From positions 1 to 57,654 of the forward strand of contig JYFJ02002394.1 in NCBI GenBank assembly GCA_000934665.2: a DNA stretch of 57,654 bases, written 5' to 3'. This DNA is from Catajapyx aquilonaris (lineage: Eukaryota). The translations under genes were made by a program, and so were the position numbers. Each line of letters starts with the position of its first letter. Position 1 is the stretch's first letter. The notes below the pieces were generated by a model. That model had not been told where the DNA came from, made no database searches, and worked only from the letters and a program-made list of their open reading frames with translations. Shown one piece after another: positions 24,301 to 37,996 of this stretch.

Positions 24301-27300
24301 TCCGGATCTATCTCCAGGATAGAGGGGGCTACAGGAAAATTACGAGCCCGGCAAGTTGCGCAAAAAATAATCAATGAAAAAGCAATTGTGTAATTGGCTA
24401 TATGGTAATTCCCCCCACTAATTCGCCCATCCGGCGAGAATTAGCCCTTGGTAATGATAGTCCGGCAGACTGTTTAGGAGCCATAATTTATGTACTAAGA
24501 GGCGACATCCTATGGACAAGCACAGAAATTTTTGTGGCAACATGTGGATGGGTAGTTTTCTTCAATGAACCTAACCTCCCCATTCATTAATGCGGTTTTT
24601 GCGACTCCAAAGGAATCACGGCCCCCTGTGCTTCCTCCCAAACTGGTGATTCCAGTTTGGAAACTGCCATTTTGGTACCCAAAAAAAACGTGGCTACACG
24701 AAACCCTTGGCTAACTCTTGTGTTTCCATCTTCACCTCGTCGTTATATCTTGGCGTGGTCGCGTTCCTGTTGCCCCCGCTGTTGTTGGTGTCGTAGGGCG
24801 GAGGTCGAGAGGTCAAGAGAACAGTCTCTTTTTTCATGTAAATGTCTCTCCAAGATCCTTCCTCTCACTTTTCCCCTTCTCCTAATTATTATCCACCTTT
24901 ATTGTGACACTCAGCCACTGTTGGTTTTGTATGATAAGTTACCAAGGATCTCAGGTTCATATTCTGGTATGGGGCCAAATATTTTACGTGAAAAAAATGA
25001 CATAGCGCGTATTCCCGGATGTCTCGAAACATTAATGGTTAATAAGGGGGCGCACCTTTACTTTCGGAATGTTTATGAGATATACGGTAACGACATGCGC
25101 AGGGCAGGGCGTGTATAATGGCGGCCTTGCAAGGCCGCTGGTTATAATGCTTGCACATATGACCTAGTCGAGGACGTGCTGGTTTGGGCCGAGATTATGA
25201 TAGACAATGGTTGCGGAGGTGCTGAGCCATAAATTATTGGCTCAAGTACCTGTGTTCAAGTTCGGTTGCTTATCTAGATGCCCTTTTTGACACAGGTAGC
25301 GATATTGTTGAAATTTTACGCGAATTTTCTGGACATTGGGCAGAGAGTAGACTTTCTTGTCCAACAACTTAATTGGTTTTCGAAGCTGTAAATTATGCGA
25401 TTCGTGATCGCAGTTATCACTTTTTTGAAGGAAAAAGTAGGGCTGCGAGTGATATGTGGTTAGTGTAAAGCGCGGGACGTGGCAACGGGGCGAAGGCTGG
25501 GCACGCAAGGGGTCAGTTTGGGGTCATCTAGAGGGCAGGGCCCTGCCGAGGCTCGCATGTCCGAGACCAGGGACCTGCGATGTGCCCACTTTCTCCCACG
25601 CAATCAAGACGACACCACCACTTAGGATATACCGACCTGGCAAATTTTTCATCTCCAAAAAAATACATTTTGGCAGAGTTCAGCCCGGGGTGAAAGCTCG
25701 GCATGCATTTTTCTCCCTAGAGTGTTAATAATTGAATTCCATGCACACCCGGAACCGCCATTCTTCGCGAAAAAAAATGTGCAAAAATCCTTGCAACAAG
25801 CGAGCGATTTGTTTTCCAAAACTTGACATTTATTTCCTATTGTGCACCTAATTGGCCACGTGCTGCGGCTTTTATGCATACAAAAATGCAATAACTGAAT
25901 CTTAAGGGTTGTTGGATTAGATGAATAGGGCCATTGCTCTTCTCGCTTTTGCAGCAGGACAGAGACAACAATCCATCCGCAAGATGGAGATGAATAGTCC
26001 ACCTCAGTCGCAGTCTTCATCCATCCTCCTGCAAAAAAAAAGAAGCTTCCTGACTTCTCCATGACACCTACCAACATCAGGCGGAGAATAATAATCGCCA
26101 TGCGTAATGTGAATTCAATGTTGTTCCAGAATCTCCACCAAACGAGTTCTTCTCTTGATCGAGATTTATAGGGCCCTTCGCCATCTATTTACTCGACAGG
26201 TCCAACCGAGTTCATTTTGCTTTTAGATGCATGTGCCCAGGCTGCCACCTGTGATAAAAGAGTGTGTTTTCCTACGTGCTTTATTGTCGGTTGGAAGTAT
26301 TGTTAGAGGGCGTTCACCAAACAGGAAACGAAAAATTTTGGGTTCAGACTCGGAATGGGAATTGTTGTGAGAAAGGACAGTCGTGTTTCTGTGATAGTCC
26401 GGTAGAGAGAGAAATGTTTCATCAGAACAAATCACACGAGTCACCGCCCTCCTTTCTCCTTCCCGCCTTCCTCCGGCATGCAACAGGTGTGCAAAAGGAA
26501 CCTCCGCACAAAATAGTTGATGGCTGCTGCTTGTGGGATGAAACCATTCTATGGTATACACCCTAGGGAAACAAACTGAATTTTCTGAATGGAAAAACCA
26601 GCCGAGTTTTTCCATCCAAACTGAACTTAAATTAATTTTTTGTTTTTCCTTCGTAATATACCAGGTAGGAGACATTTGAACCACAAATTGCATTTCGTAA
26701 GAGAAGGGAGGGGAAAAAAGTGCGTGAGGGAAAGGAGCGGAAGGCAATAGGCCCCAGGCTTACATCTGGAGGTCGTACAGGTGCTCTCTTTTTGCCATGT
26801 TTGCTTGCCTGTGTCCTGATGCTAATCGGTAGCTGAAAAATATAAAGATTGCAAGTGCACTCAATGGAACGTCCCTCTTTTGCAGGGACACTGTATGACT
26901 CATTGAGACAGGTACAGGGTCTATAAACATCGCCATATATAATTGTTATCTATATAAACATGGGCCATATTTTTTTTCTCTAAGAAAGCAATTTCGACAT
27001 AGACAGGAAAAGTCCCGGTTAAGTTTGGCAACATGGCCGAGGTCGAGCCATCAGAGTCATCTGGACGGCGGAGGTTTCGAATCTTAATTTGGCAGGAAAA
27101 AGTCTTGGCCATACCTTTGGGTGTTTGTTCGCGTGACGCAGGCATCTTTTTGTGGCGAGCCAATCCCTCCTTTTGGCCCATCTGTTACAAGTCGGGCCAG
27201 TCAGTGTCACCGTTACTACAAAAGGAATGTCTTCTCTACTCCAATCACTTGGAAGCTTTATAAATATTTCCTCATGTTAAGAGGCTAAAGTAGTTCCGCA

Positions 27301-27309
27301 TATTTTTTG

Positions 27310-27610
27310 AACCGCATAAAATTATTTACCCACATAATTTTTATTCACACTGCATCCGTTTATTTACGTAGCTGAAAATTTATGCACCTGATGAATATTT
27401 TTATAGAGCAAGTGAATAATATTTATGCATCTAGTGAATAATACTTTATGATCTAGTGAATAATTTTATTCGCCGAAGATAGGAAATAATTTTATTCGCC
27501 TAAGATAGGAAATAATTTTATTCGTCTACTGAATAATTTTATTCGCTTTGGCGAATAATTGTATGCGTCAACAATTTTGAAGCAGTTATTCAATGCGAAA
27601 ATAAATTCCA
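27310..27610. repeat. AT-rich degenerate minisatellite (about 21-25 bp units) built on the quasi-palindrome GAATAATTTTATTC
   Basis: Repeated ctagtgaataa... units and a near-exact duplication of ataattttattcgccNaagatagga. Confidence 0.8.
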
Positions 27611-29937
27611 TCATGATCTTTTTGCAAGTTTCCCCTATCATTTACACGGTATGTGATGGGGTGAATATATAGGGGGGGGGGGGCACTGGAATTTTCAGGT
27701 TAATATGAAACGCGACCTGTATTGATCGAGATGCGTCATACTGATGATCGATGAGTAATCGATCTTGATCCCTCAAAGCGGAAGCTTCCCGAGACAAAAT
27801 TGAACGCTCTGCTTCCTCATTTCTTAACCCCAGCAGCTTGGGAAATAATTTTCTAGGGGGGGTTAAATGAAAATAGATGGGGGGGAGAAGCCTTGCAGTA
27901 CCCCCCCTCAAAAAAAGGGAGAAAAAAAATCCGGAACGAGTGAGAGAGAACCATTAGACGGGGAATGCTCATTCCGGAACAATTTTCCGGACGGGCCGGT
28001 CGGAGATTCGACCCAACGAAGCACGTCTCTCTTCAGCCACCGCTCTCACTCAGCTTCTAATGATGGATCCAAATGGGGAGTCTGCCTGGGATTCTACTAG
28101 AGGGGGGAGGGGGGAAAGGATGATTATGTGCATATTCTTGAAGAAGATTTAAAATCATCTTACGGGCCACAAACGTGTCTTAAACGCCCGGATCTTGAAG
28201 GCGACTGTTTTTTTTTAATGTAGTCATCCGATGGTGTATGGGAAGAGAGCGGGACTAATTTCAAAAGTCGTGAGGTTGTGTCTGAGGCATCAGGCGAAAT
28301 GATCAGGACTTAAATCACAGCCGCGTCACGCAGGATGAGCCACGTGTTGGGCCAGGAACGTGCGTGAGCCACCTCTTAAAAAACTTGGGTTTCATCAGAA
28401 TAATTGTAATTTAATTTATACTTAATTAACCGACAATTGCGCACACTGCAATGGCGCATATAATCCGCCTTATTATATAGTTTAATCCTTGCTGCCAATT
28501 TTCCGGGTATCCCGTTAGCTTAGTGTCAAACCCCCGAACTACTGACACCTTGCTAAGTCTCCTTTCGTGTCTTCATTGTTTACCACGAAGGTGATAGAAT
28601 CTAACAAAAGCTGAAGTCAGCAACGGGGCCAAAAGCGAGCACAACATGTGCATTAAGTAAGTGGTCATGCGCTGTCTGCTCGGTGCAAAATGCTGTTAGG
28701 TAAGGTTTCTTCGCCTTTTTATTGCCCGATTCGTTAGTAAGAAGGGGGTAATAAGGATGCAGGTGTGGTTGGGCTGGGTCAGGTGAAAGGTTTCAGGGCG
28801 TCGAATAAGTTCCTTTCCTTCAAAAAGGATCTTAAGTTTGTTATTGAAGCGTGTAATCCAATCGCGTCTTATATTCAGCTCCTTCAGCTTAAACTCGGAG
28901 TAATAAAGATAATAAAGTCATTAGCCAGGCAAGTCGGTGGCGTTGGGGAAATAACATCGGTTATGCCGGAATTGAGAAGTTGTTGGAGCCTCAGCAATTT
29001 GCGTGGGCGGAGGGTTCCCACACTCGACATTATTGCGGAGGATTGTTCTTTTCCAAGGGTGGTGGTTATGGGTAGTGTCGGGACACACTGATTAATGGAA
29101 TCCGGATTGCATCAGTATTTACCGGTCGTTCACCAGGTAAAAAAAAGACAGATTGACAATTGTTCGTAAGATGGAGGCAAACGCGATTCTTCCCTGTCAA
29201 GGGCAATGTCCCAGTAGCATCCTCCGAAGGATCACTTAAAAGTGGCTGTTATCCGAGGTGTGGACAACGAACTGCACGACTCGGTTTTAAAACGGGCGAC
29301 AGTACATTGACTTCAATTATCCGGACCTAATCCTACAGTCACACCTATATGGACACCATCACGTTTGTCATATCCCCAGTCGTTGTCGTAGTATCCATCA
29401 AAGTTGCCTGGGCTGATATTACCGATTTGTAATTCAATAAGGAACAGTTGCGCACCATGTCAGTATACGAATGAAAACACTGCATTGTGCATGCAATGGG
29501 GTCAATCATGCCGGCTTCTATACTCTTAAGATAGGTATCAAGAGCGTGCGTGAAAGAGCGCCATGTAATAAAATGTTCACGGCTAGAACCCGCCGATTTG
29601 ACCGAGAGAAAACGTGTGTAATTGAGACATTTTGGGAGCGTTTGCAACACGACGACACCGGGATGGCAACATGGCTGGTCAGACCGTGTGCCGGCCACGA
29701 GCTGGTTCCCCCCACAGCCTCTCATCATGTATATCCACCCAAACACCCCCAATATCCTTCTTCACCAACTAGTTTGGGTGGCTTGGTAAATCACCACAAA
29801 CGCTTGCCTCCTCCTTTCTCGTCCCCTGCTTGTTAATCTGGCTTGGTGAGCTTGGGACGCCGCCAATGATGATGCCAATGATGATGCTTTTATGCCCAAC
29901 TTCTTGCAAATCTTAACGATGCTTTCTTCACTTACAG

Positions 29938-29995
29938 AATACCAATGTGGAAGACAACGGCGGATTCATCGGTAGCGACATTCCTCTTCTTAAAA
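29938..29995 (+). CDS. TfAP-2: AP-2 small exon (NTNVEDNGGFIGSDIPLLK)
   Basis: Acceptor ctttcttcacttacag| and donor A|GTGAGT; 58 nt, phase 0/1. It supplies exactly the phase change needed between 21399 and 34053, and resembles the short vertebrate exon (HVEDPG..I..DQTVIKK). It is not in the ORF track. Confidence 0.85.
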
Positions 29996-32900
29996 GTGAG
30001 TATTTTCTCTTATCTGCTATTTTGGGGGTGATGTCACTGGCAGGCTGGAGTTGACCAACTCGAACAACAGGAGGATAATCCTCAAGAGGGGGTCCAGGAG
30101 TACCCCCTATTCAACAGTGTTAATCCTCTAGTTGTCAGCTGGCCATTTAGCATAAGGGGGAAGGTGTTGTCAACGTAACACCCCACATGCTCTTTTTCCA
30201 CCCTGGTTACTCCCCCATAATGAGAAGACATCGCTGTTCCCTCCGACCGATTAGCTTCATCGTCCCCCTCCAGCTCTTTTGATGATTGTTCAATGAAGCA
30301 ATCTTCACATTCCCCTCCATGTTGTCACCAAGTGTTGGAAATAATGTCTGATTGCGGTGTATGCAAATTGGTTATATACAGGAAGCTAGGTCGATCCTAT
30401 CCCACAGGTGTTGAGTTGCAAATCTATTCCTCCCCAGAATCCTAATGCTCGCCAGGGAGCGCCAGATTGCCTGAGTCAGATGACAATGGAGGCTTCATTA
30501 AAAGCGATTGCGGGGGTTGGTGGGAACCGCTAATTAACCGATGGCGGGCCCGGGTGTGTATATAGCACAGTGTGTATTAGAAGGGAGCAAAGGCGTGAAC
30601 TAGGGGCGGCCATGTTGGTTTTTTCCCGTAATAATTGGCTTCTTTTGAGTATGCCGCTGCCGGCGAATCTCTGCGTGGGCGATGGACATCTAATTGGCAA
30701 AAGTGGAGTAATGGAGAAGAGTCGCCCACTGAGAGTGACGGGGGTCGAGTTTTTTTTTACGACCTGGAGGAATTCTTGGCTCCATTAACCTGTGTGTCCT
30801 GACTTGTTACCGGCCCGTGGAGCAGGTAAAAAAAAGGGATGGGACAAGTACCCTAAACGAATTGCGCACTTTTTTGTTCGGTTAGAACACAGGTTTAGGA
30901 AAAAGTGGAGCTTGGCGAATGTATTGGTCAAGGCATTAGGCCAATAGGGTTGTCACTGGATAAAATGACGGGCTAATGGTGATGTTATTTTAGCCTGTAA
31001 TTATTGCGGCTGCGTATGTAGATGACAGTTGGAATTGATTAAAAAGCAGAAATGGATAACAACATGTCAGGGTTGAATTTCTGTGAAGTGTACTGTCGGT
31101 GCTTGACAGACATTAATCACAGTGCGAAGAGTGTAATTTGCAGGAAAAAAGAAATTCAATGTGCGGCCTACAAAATGCAGTTTGACGTCATAACTCGAAT
31201 CATACAGCAAGTAGTATACTTATTAAACATGTGATTTGCACGGATTTTGGTGAGCAGACTGATACATTCCCATTAGACATAATGAGTAAGCTCAAGGGCT
31301 AATGAGGAAACCTGAGACTATGTAAAGTCAAAAAGTGGTTCAGATTGTATTTTTTTCCATCCAATGACTGCAAACACGAATCCCATTCATTTGTAACCCG
31401 GATTCCGTCCATGCTTAGGGCGTAGGTTCTTTACTAGGCGTCCTTGTGCTTCTTCGCTGCTTTCTCTCGTCTGCTGCATCATGGAATTATGTATATATCT
31501 CCGTTTGACCAATCGCATCCTGATAAATCCTGGCAACGGCTCCCATCCGGCGCCTTGTGTCAACTTATCGCATATAGCAATTCTGGCCCCTTATTGGGAC
31601 GATTTCCTGCACGGGGAGGCGAAATGCGTGGCTTCTAATTGCGCGTAAATTAGAGGGGTGGATTCCAATCTTGGCTCCGAAGGGAACTTCCAAGTCAGCC
31701 GCAAGTGAATGTAGCTGAGGGGGCAATGGTGCATAAGCAGGAGATGACAAAGCAAGGCTTGGAGTATATGTCCGGAGTCTGCATGCACATCTTCTCAAAT
31801 CAGTCGGCAGATAAGGAGCAAGGTTTCTTGTCATCTTTTCAGTCCTGGTATTTTTTTTATGTATCCCGTAAAGCTTGCCGACAAGGACAAAGGATCTCGG
31901 TAATGAATCCTGGCTGGGTCGTTTACGAATGCAAGCTTCCTGGTGACTACTCGCGTGTGCATTGAAAATTGTGAGGTACAATTTTTCAACAATGAATCTG
32001 GCACGAGCACTTGTTTTAAAGAAGCACACTTGTCACTTTTCCGCATATCAAGCTATCGCATTGAATAATAATTTCAGAAGCATAATTTTTGCGAAAAACT
32101 TCAGAAGCACATCATCTCGACTATATGTTATCATACCTTGCGTTAGCGCAGGGCATCAGTGACAATAGCTCAGTGTCATAGAGGCGGCCTTGCTTTCTGT
32201 GGAATCAGCCGGGGAACTGCGAGGAAAACCGGTTGGCTGCATGTTGGCGGGCCTCCCCGTGACTTATGGCTTCATGAAATTCAAAATTACTGCCGCTTGT
32301 TGGAGAGCAGCACTTTGTCTCCGTCCACATTCGGTCAAGAAGCCTAGAGGCCATCCACTTCTATATACACAGGAGCATATATACAGTTTGTCGCTAATAG
32401 CTTTTCGAAAAACTTTCAAGCTGCCTGAAAAAATAATCAGCGCTGATATACGCTGCTTAGGATCGTATAAGGGGAAGTTTGGGGTAAATGGATGAATAGT
32501 TGACATTCCTACTGTCTGCGAGCCGAAATTACCAAGTCGAGACCGCAGCCACGAAGAGAGAATAAACCGGCGGAAAACCCTCCAGAGGAATGTGAGTTAA
32601 ACCTACGTGTTGCCATCATAAACCAAAGTAACGATCCGCACATTTTTCTGCACTAATAAGAATATTCATCTGTAAAATTGATCGCAACAATTACACCTGG
32701 CACGATCCGACTATGTACAGCAAGTACCTAGGGGGGTGTTGTTGGCCCGAAAAAATGGGATGAAGGTTGCAGGGTTCAAGTAGGGGCCCACACCCCCAGC
32801 CAGACGAGCTGGATCCGGGACGATGCCCTCGGCAGCACACACACACACGACGAGAGGAGCATCGGTAATCGGTAGCTCAGCCACTTCACTACACACATGT

Positions 32901-34052
32901 GCATTCAATGCTAATTGATGGATGTCATTTTGATGGAGAGTATACCTTGTTTTACATTGTTTTGATACCAAAGGCTAGATATTGCGAAGAAACTATTTTG
33001 GTAAAGCACTTTGCGTACTTTCCTAACGAACGAAGTTTAATCGCTAGAAAAGCCCATGAAAGAATACGTTCCTCCACCCAATTTCCTTCCCATACCTTGG
33101 ACCTCATAACGGTCCGGTATTGATATTGGAAAAGTTTTACTGGAAAAAATGCCCGCTCTCCTACAGTCCATAATTGGAAAAGGGCAGGCAAGGCCCGCCT
33201 TTTTGCCTTTCCTCCCTCCCCCACCATCCCCCTCTCTTGGATTAAAAACTCTCGTAATGAGACCGCAAGGGTGGGTGGGGGATGGAGTGGGTGGGAAGGG
33301 CTCCCCATCTCCAAAACCTCCCCTCAGTACACCCCCTTCCCTGCCAGTTCATATTGACCAACGGGCATTCCACAACTGAGATACATACCCCCCTCTCTCT
33401 TCCCTATCCTATCCCCCCCCCCCTCCAAAAGCTAGCATTGTTCCAGTGAAAATGTTTAGCATACTTGGCGTTTTAATCAGAGTATTGCCTCAGAGCGAGT
33501 TTAGCTGCAGGAAATTCCGGAAGGGGGCTCCTGAGGCAAAGAGAGCGCGAGAGGTATATCAGGGGAGGGGGGGAAATGAAAGGGGATGCTGCAGTACCAG
33601 AAGAGGAGGCAGGTATATACACTTTTGGGGATGAAAAATGCTCCTTTTGAAGCAATGGCTTCTGTGTCTACCCCTGCAATCGACCTGGTACAGATGCGCC
33701 CAAGTTGGCTTCCGAGGTGACAAGTGTGCACTTGGTATCGCTGATAGCCAGACAAAATTGTTGGTTATGAGTTATGACATATTACAAATTATGAGTGGGA
33801 CCCACTGTTGGTCTTTGTGATTTGCCGATTTGGCATATATTATATTAATATATTAAATATTATATAATATTCCCAACTCGCGGTATACGTTATGTTCTAC
33901 ACACTATGTATATAGATAAGCAGATTTCCAAGTTGTATGCCTATAAGTGTGTACTATTGTGGGCTATTGAACTGGGTGGAATCCGTTTCAAAGAAGTAAC
34001 ACAGGCGGGGATTCAAACCCCGATTAACCCGAAGCAATGTTTCCTTCTTTAG

Positions 34053-34254
34053 GCATGAAACCCCGTTCGGAAGGCACCAAAGAGATGCTCCTGTCCGGGG
34101 TGGCGTCCCCGACCGATGTGTTCTGTAGTGTCCCTGGACGTCTGTCCCTTCTCTCCTCCACCTCCAAGTACAAGGTGACTGTCGGGGAGGTGCAACGACG
34201 CCTCTCGCCACCAGAGTGCCTCAACGCATCACTGCTCGGCGGGGTCCTCAGGAG
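34053..34254 (+). CDS. TfAP-2: AP-2 exon, start of DNA-binding domain ([46 protein letters not shown])
   Basis: Near-invariant AP-2 family sequence. Acceptor ttccttctttag| and donor AG|GTGAGT; 202 nt, phase 1/2. Confidence 0.98.
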
Positions 34255-37200
34255 GTGAGTACATTATTGTTGAAACATTGTTGCAGCCACACAAGCCTTC
34301 GAGTTGGGTATTTATTAAATTAAAAATTGAAATTTCTGAGGGAAAGCATGGCATCATGGTCGTGAATCGTGTTCCAGCTTTTCATCCATGGACAAAACAC
34401 ACACCAGTCCTCCCCCTGCCCCCTCTTTTCCTTCCTTCCTTCCCCATCCCTCGAAAAGCGTGTACATATAGTCCGAACCTATACTGTTCTCTCGCTCTCT
34501 CGCGCACACGTTGCACCACGATAAAACGTCGCGCATAAATCCTCTTTATGCAGAGGGGGGGACACAGGGTCCGTGATAACGCCAAACAATGCATTTTCAT
34601 AATAAACGACTTTCGACTGCCAGCTGAACAAATTTCACTAGCTTCTTTTAACCAACCGCGAATATTTTTTTTTTGCAATCCAAAGAATTTGCAAGCACTG
34701 TTGACTTGTCAGCAAAAGTCACGACAATCTGTCCTTGAATCGGCCGTATTATTGTGGCGATCTGCATTGGGGTTGTTTGGCTCTTTTCGTGTGCCGCCCA
34801 TTTTGAAGCTGCACCCAAACAACACAGTCCCTCACCTTGAAATCAAAAAACTTCTTCTCCCCTTTCGCCTTTCACTAAACCACAGCTGCTGGAGCCGCCA
34901 TTACATGACCCTGAAAAAATAACTGATGAAAAATCTATCATACCATGTACGGCCCAGTATATGGGTCCGATTCTAAGTTAGATACTGTACAAAGTGGCCG
35001 TGAAAACATTTTGGGAGACAAGGGTTCCTTTAGCCTGAAGGCATGTCGTCATGGAAACACTTTTTTTTTTATTCGAGGGGGTTGCTAGGGGCAACGACGA
35101 TGGCGCGGGGTGGGATCCGCCATGTTTCGCCAATGGGAAAGGAAGGCACCTCCTTTTAATCCTTTCGGATGGTTGTTTTTGTCCCCCCCGGTGGTTAGAG
35201 AATATCGTTCCCTATAAATCCAACTGACTTTTAGGACAGGGCGCGGTTCCTTACAATTGCGGGGTTCCATAGCTACCAGGAGCTGCCACTTTTTTTTTCA
35301 AACTAGTTTTTTTTAGGTACAGGGTACAATAGTAGGTGTGATTAACGGCGCCCAAAGGGTGCCTCAGATTTTACTGTTTTTTATGTATGGTGGGGGTGGG
35401 GAGAAGACAGGTGCGTGAGGTTACGCGGTTAGCACCTGACGCCCTCTACAGGACATATTTTCCCACGCCTAACGTCACTTCAAGGGGGTGCATATCACTC
35501 GTGATTCAATTAGGTGGCATGCTCAATGTTAATATTAATGTGTGGAATGGTGGTGTACTTTTATGGGTGTGGATGTACTTAGGCTGTCTGATTTTCCCGT
35601 TACTTCGCTGCAAACTTGTTTCGTTTCCTATGAACTTCCTACTGACCCTTGTGAATTACATTCAACTAATGTGCTGCAAATTGGTTATAGCCGTGCGGTT
35701 AGTTAACGAAATGGCGGGACGGACAGTCGATATTTATCCAAAAATTGCTATTGTGTGCAATATATCGAAATAGGAAATAATTGGAAAATGAAATTTTTAA
35801 AAAATGTTCCGAACCGATTTATCGAAAAATCGCTCTTGGAGCCGATTTTGCTGGGGGTGTACACGCAAATTGCTTCAATATCCAGCACATTTAGGACAAG
35901 TACACTAAGTGTCCTGGTCATCCGATAAAGATGGCCACCTGAAGGCGATAACATGCCGGAATTGGTACACCTCACGCATCTGCTGCTAAAACCAAGGTGC
36001 GTGACCATTCAGTTGAGATCCTGTTCATGCTGAGCTCATTACTTGTAATATATTCCAGGATCTGAACACGGTTTTTTGAAAACGGGGCGCGTGTCGTCAG
36101 AACCCGAATTATATTGTATATGACCAGGTGTGGGCGTGTAGGATGATCCACCCTATCGTCACCTTGAATCTGGCGGCCCCTGTACCATAAAGATTGGAGC
36201 TGATCTTCAGTGTCTTCTTGAGAACAAAAAAAAAAGTCGCCCCCGCCAGTGCTATAAAAACGTCTAGATACAGGTTGTCGCGGGTCGCATGAATGTCCAA
36301 GAAGAACGATAATTTACAAGGGCAACTCTGGGAGGTTTTTGCCGCCAAAAACCTGTGGGACCCGAATCTTAACAGGGGTTTGGACCGCCCCGCCTGATAA
36401 TACACGGAAGAATTCGACTCCCAAAGTTTGCACGGACACACTGATTACAATGGTGTAATCAGCTTGTTTACTTAAAAAAATTTCCTTGATAGAAAATTTT
36501 AGCTGGCGGCTCTAAACTGAAATGAGACGTAACCACGAACGTACCGGGGACATATACAGTGTCTTGTCCTTCCAGTTAGACCGCCGCCTTGGTTTTACAA
36601 CGGCTCAATCACCGTGGGGTCCACGGACCTGGACATTTGCACAGTGGTTGTCTGACGCATGGTCGTAAAGTTGATGCTCCACCTTTCTAGTTGGTATTTC
36701 TGATTCACACTGTGAAGACGGGACATTCGGTCCGTCTCGTCTTCAAGTCGGAACCCACACTGCTGCTTATACAATGTGGCATAAAAAAGTGTGTCCGTAA
36801 CACTCGGCTGATGTTCTAGTGCTGATAAAATATTGCAGTTCTATCGAGCCTCGTGGTTACGTCATATGTAATGAGGCAAAATAGTCGGTCTTCCCAAGGG
36901 CAAATTTCAAAGGAATTATAACCTGCACGGTTCGAACAAGTACATTACGACATCATACATGTTATTTTCTGCACGTCATTGCGACTGGACCACAATATTG
37001 TAGCAAAGGCACGAATTATTTTCAATAAATAAAATCAGGCGGATACTAGCCTGAAATAATAGTCACCTGCTGTCACCTGCTGATAGTTTCAAAAAATTTT
37101 TTAGTCGGCTGAGCCACAGTAGCTCCACCCAGAAAGCATCCACGCACATAATAGGAGGTGCCGGAATGTAAATGAACACAAGTGAATAATCACTGGGGAC

Positions 37201-37866
37201 AAGTGGCGTATCGCACTGGATCGGCAATTACCTATAAGGATAACATCAATCACTGGGTGTGAAGGGCAGGGGGTGGAAATTTACAGGCTTGCGAAACCCA
37301 CACCCTAGACCATATAATAGATAGCTAAGTCCAGATGAGTAGTTTATTTACTTAGTGAAAGATGCTGAGTTCGACAATGTATATAGAAAGTGCACTATAA
37401 TTCATTTATTAATGAACTAGCTTCAATAAATGTAGTACAAAATACTATGTTTACCAATTTCCTATACGTACAAAGATCCTAAAAAATTGGTACCGTTTCG
37501 AAAAGTGGGGAGGAAGAGTAACAAGAAGCAGCTGCCACCTTAAAAGAGAAGGTGGGGTGGGTGGAAGGTGAGGTGGGTGGTGGGGTGGAAATGATGGAAA
37601 ACCTGCCCTGAGCATGCAAGCAAGAGCCAGGCAACTAGTTGTTCTAGCTGTGGTGGCCGTCTCTTTCCCACCGCCTCTCATCCTCTCCTCCACCCATTCA
37701 CATGTTTCGTGTGCACACGTGCTAAGGTAGCACGGAAGTGACGTCAACTCATCTCCAAGGGGTCAATCACCTCATCTCTGGTGGGCGGCCTCTCGCGGGG
37801 ACACTCGGAGGACACACTGCCCCTCTTCATCCCATCAGGGTCACTGTATCACTGAAATAATTGCCA

Positions 37867-37996
37867 TGTGTCATATTACACACTTTGGTACACAAACAAA
37901 ATTATGCACCAAGTGTGTAATATGACATAACATTTAGAGAAACAAAATGTGTAATATGACACACTTGGGTGCATAACACATTTGTGTAATGCACTA
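37867..37996. repeat. nested inverted repeats (possible MITE/foldback remnant)
   Basis: TGTCATATTACACACTT (37869-37885) is the exact reverse complement of 37911-37927. A further arm, TGTGTAATATGACACA, lies at 37948-37963. Confidence 0.7.

Noticed and set aside
27310..27610. CRISPR-like repeat array
   Set aside because: There are no unique spacers, the units are degenerate and adjacent, no cas genes are present, and the context is a eukaryotic intron.
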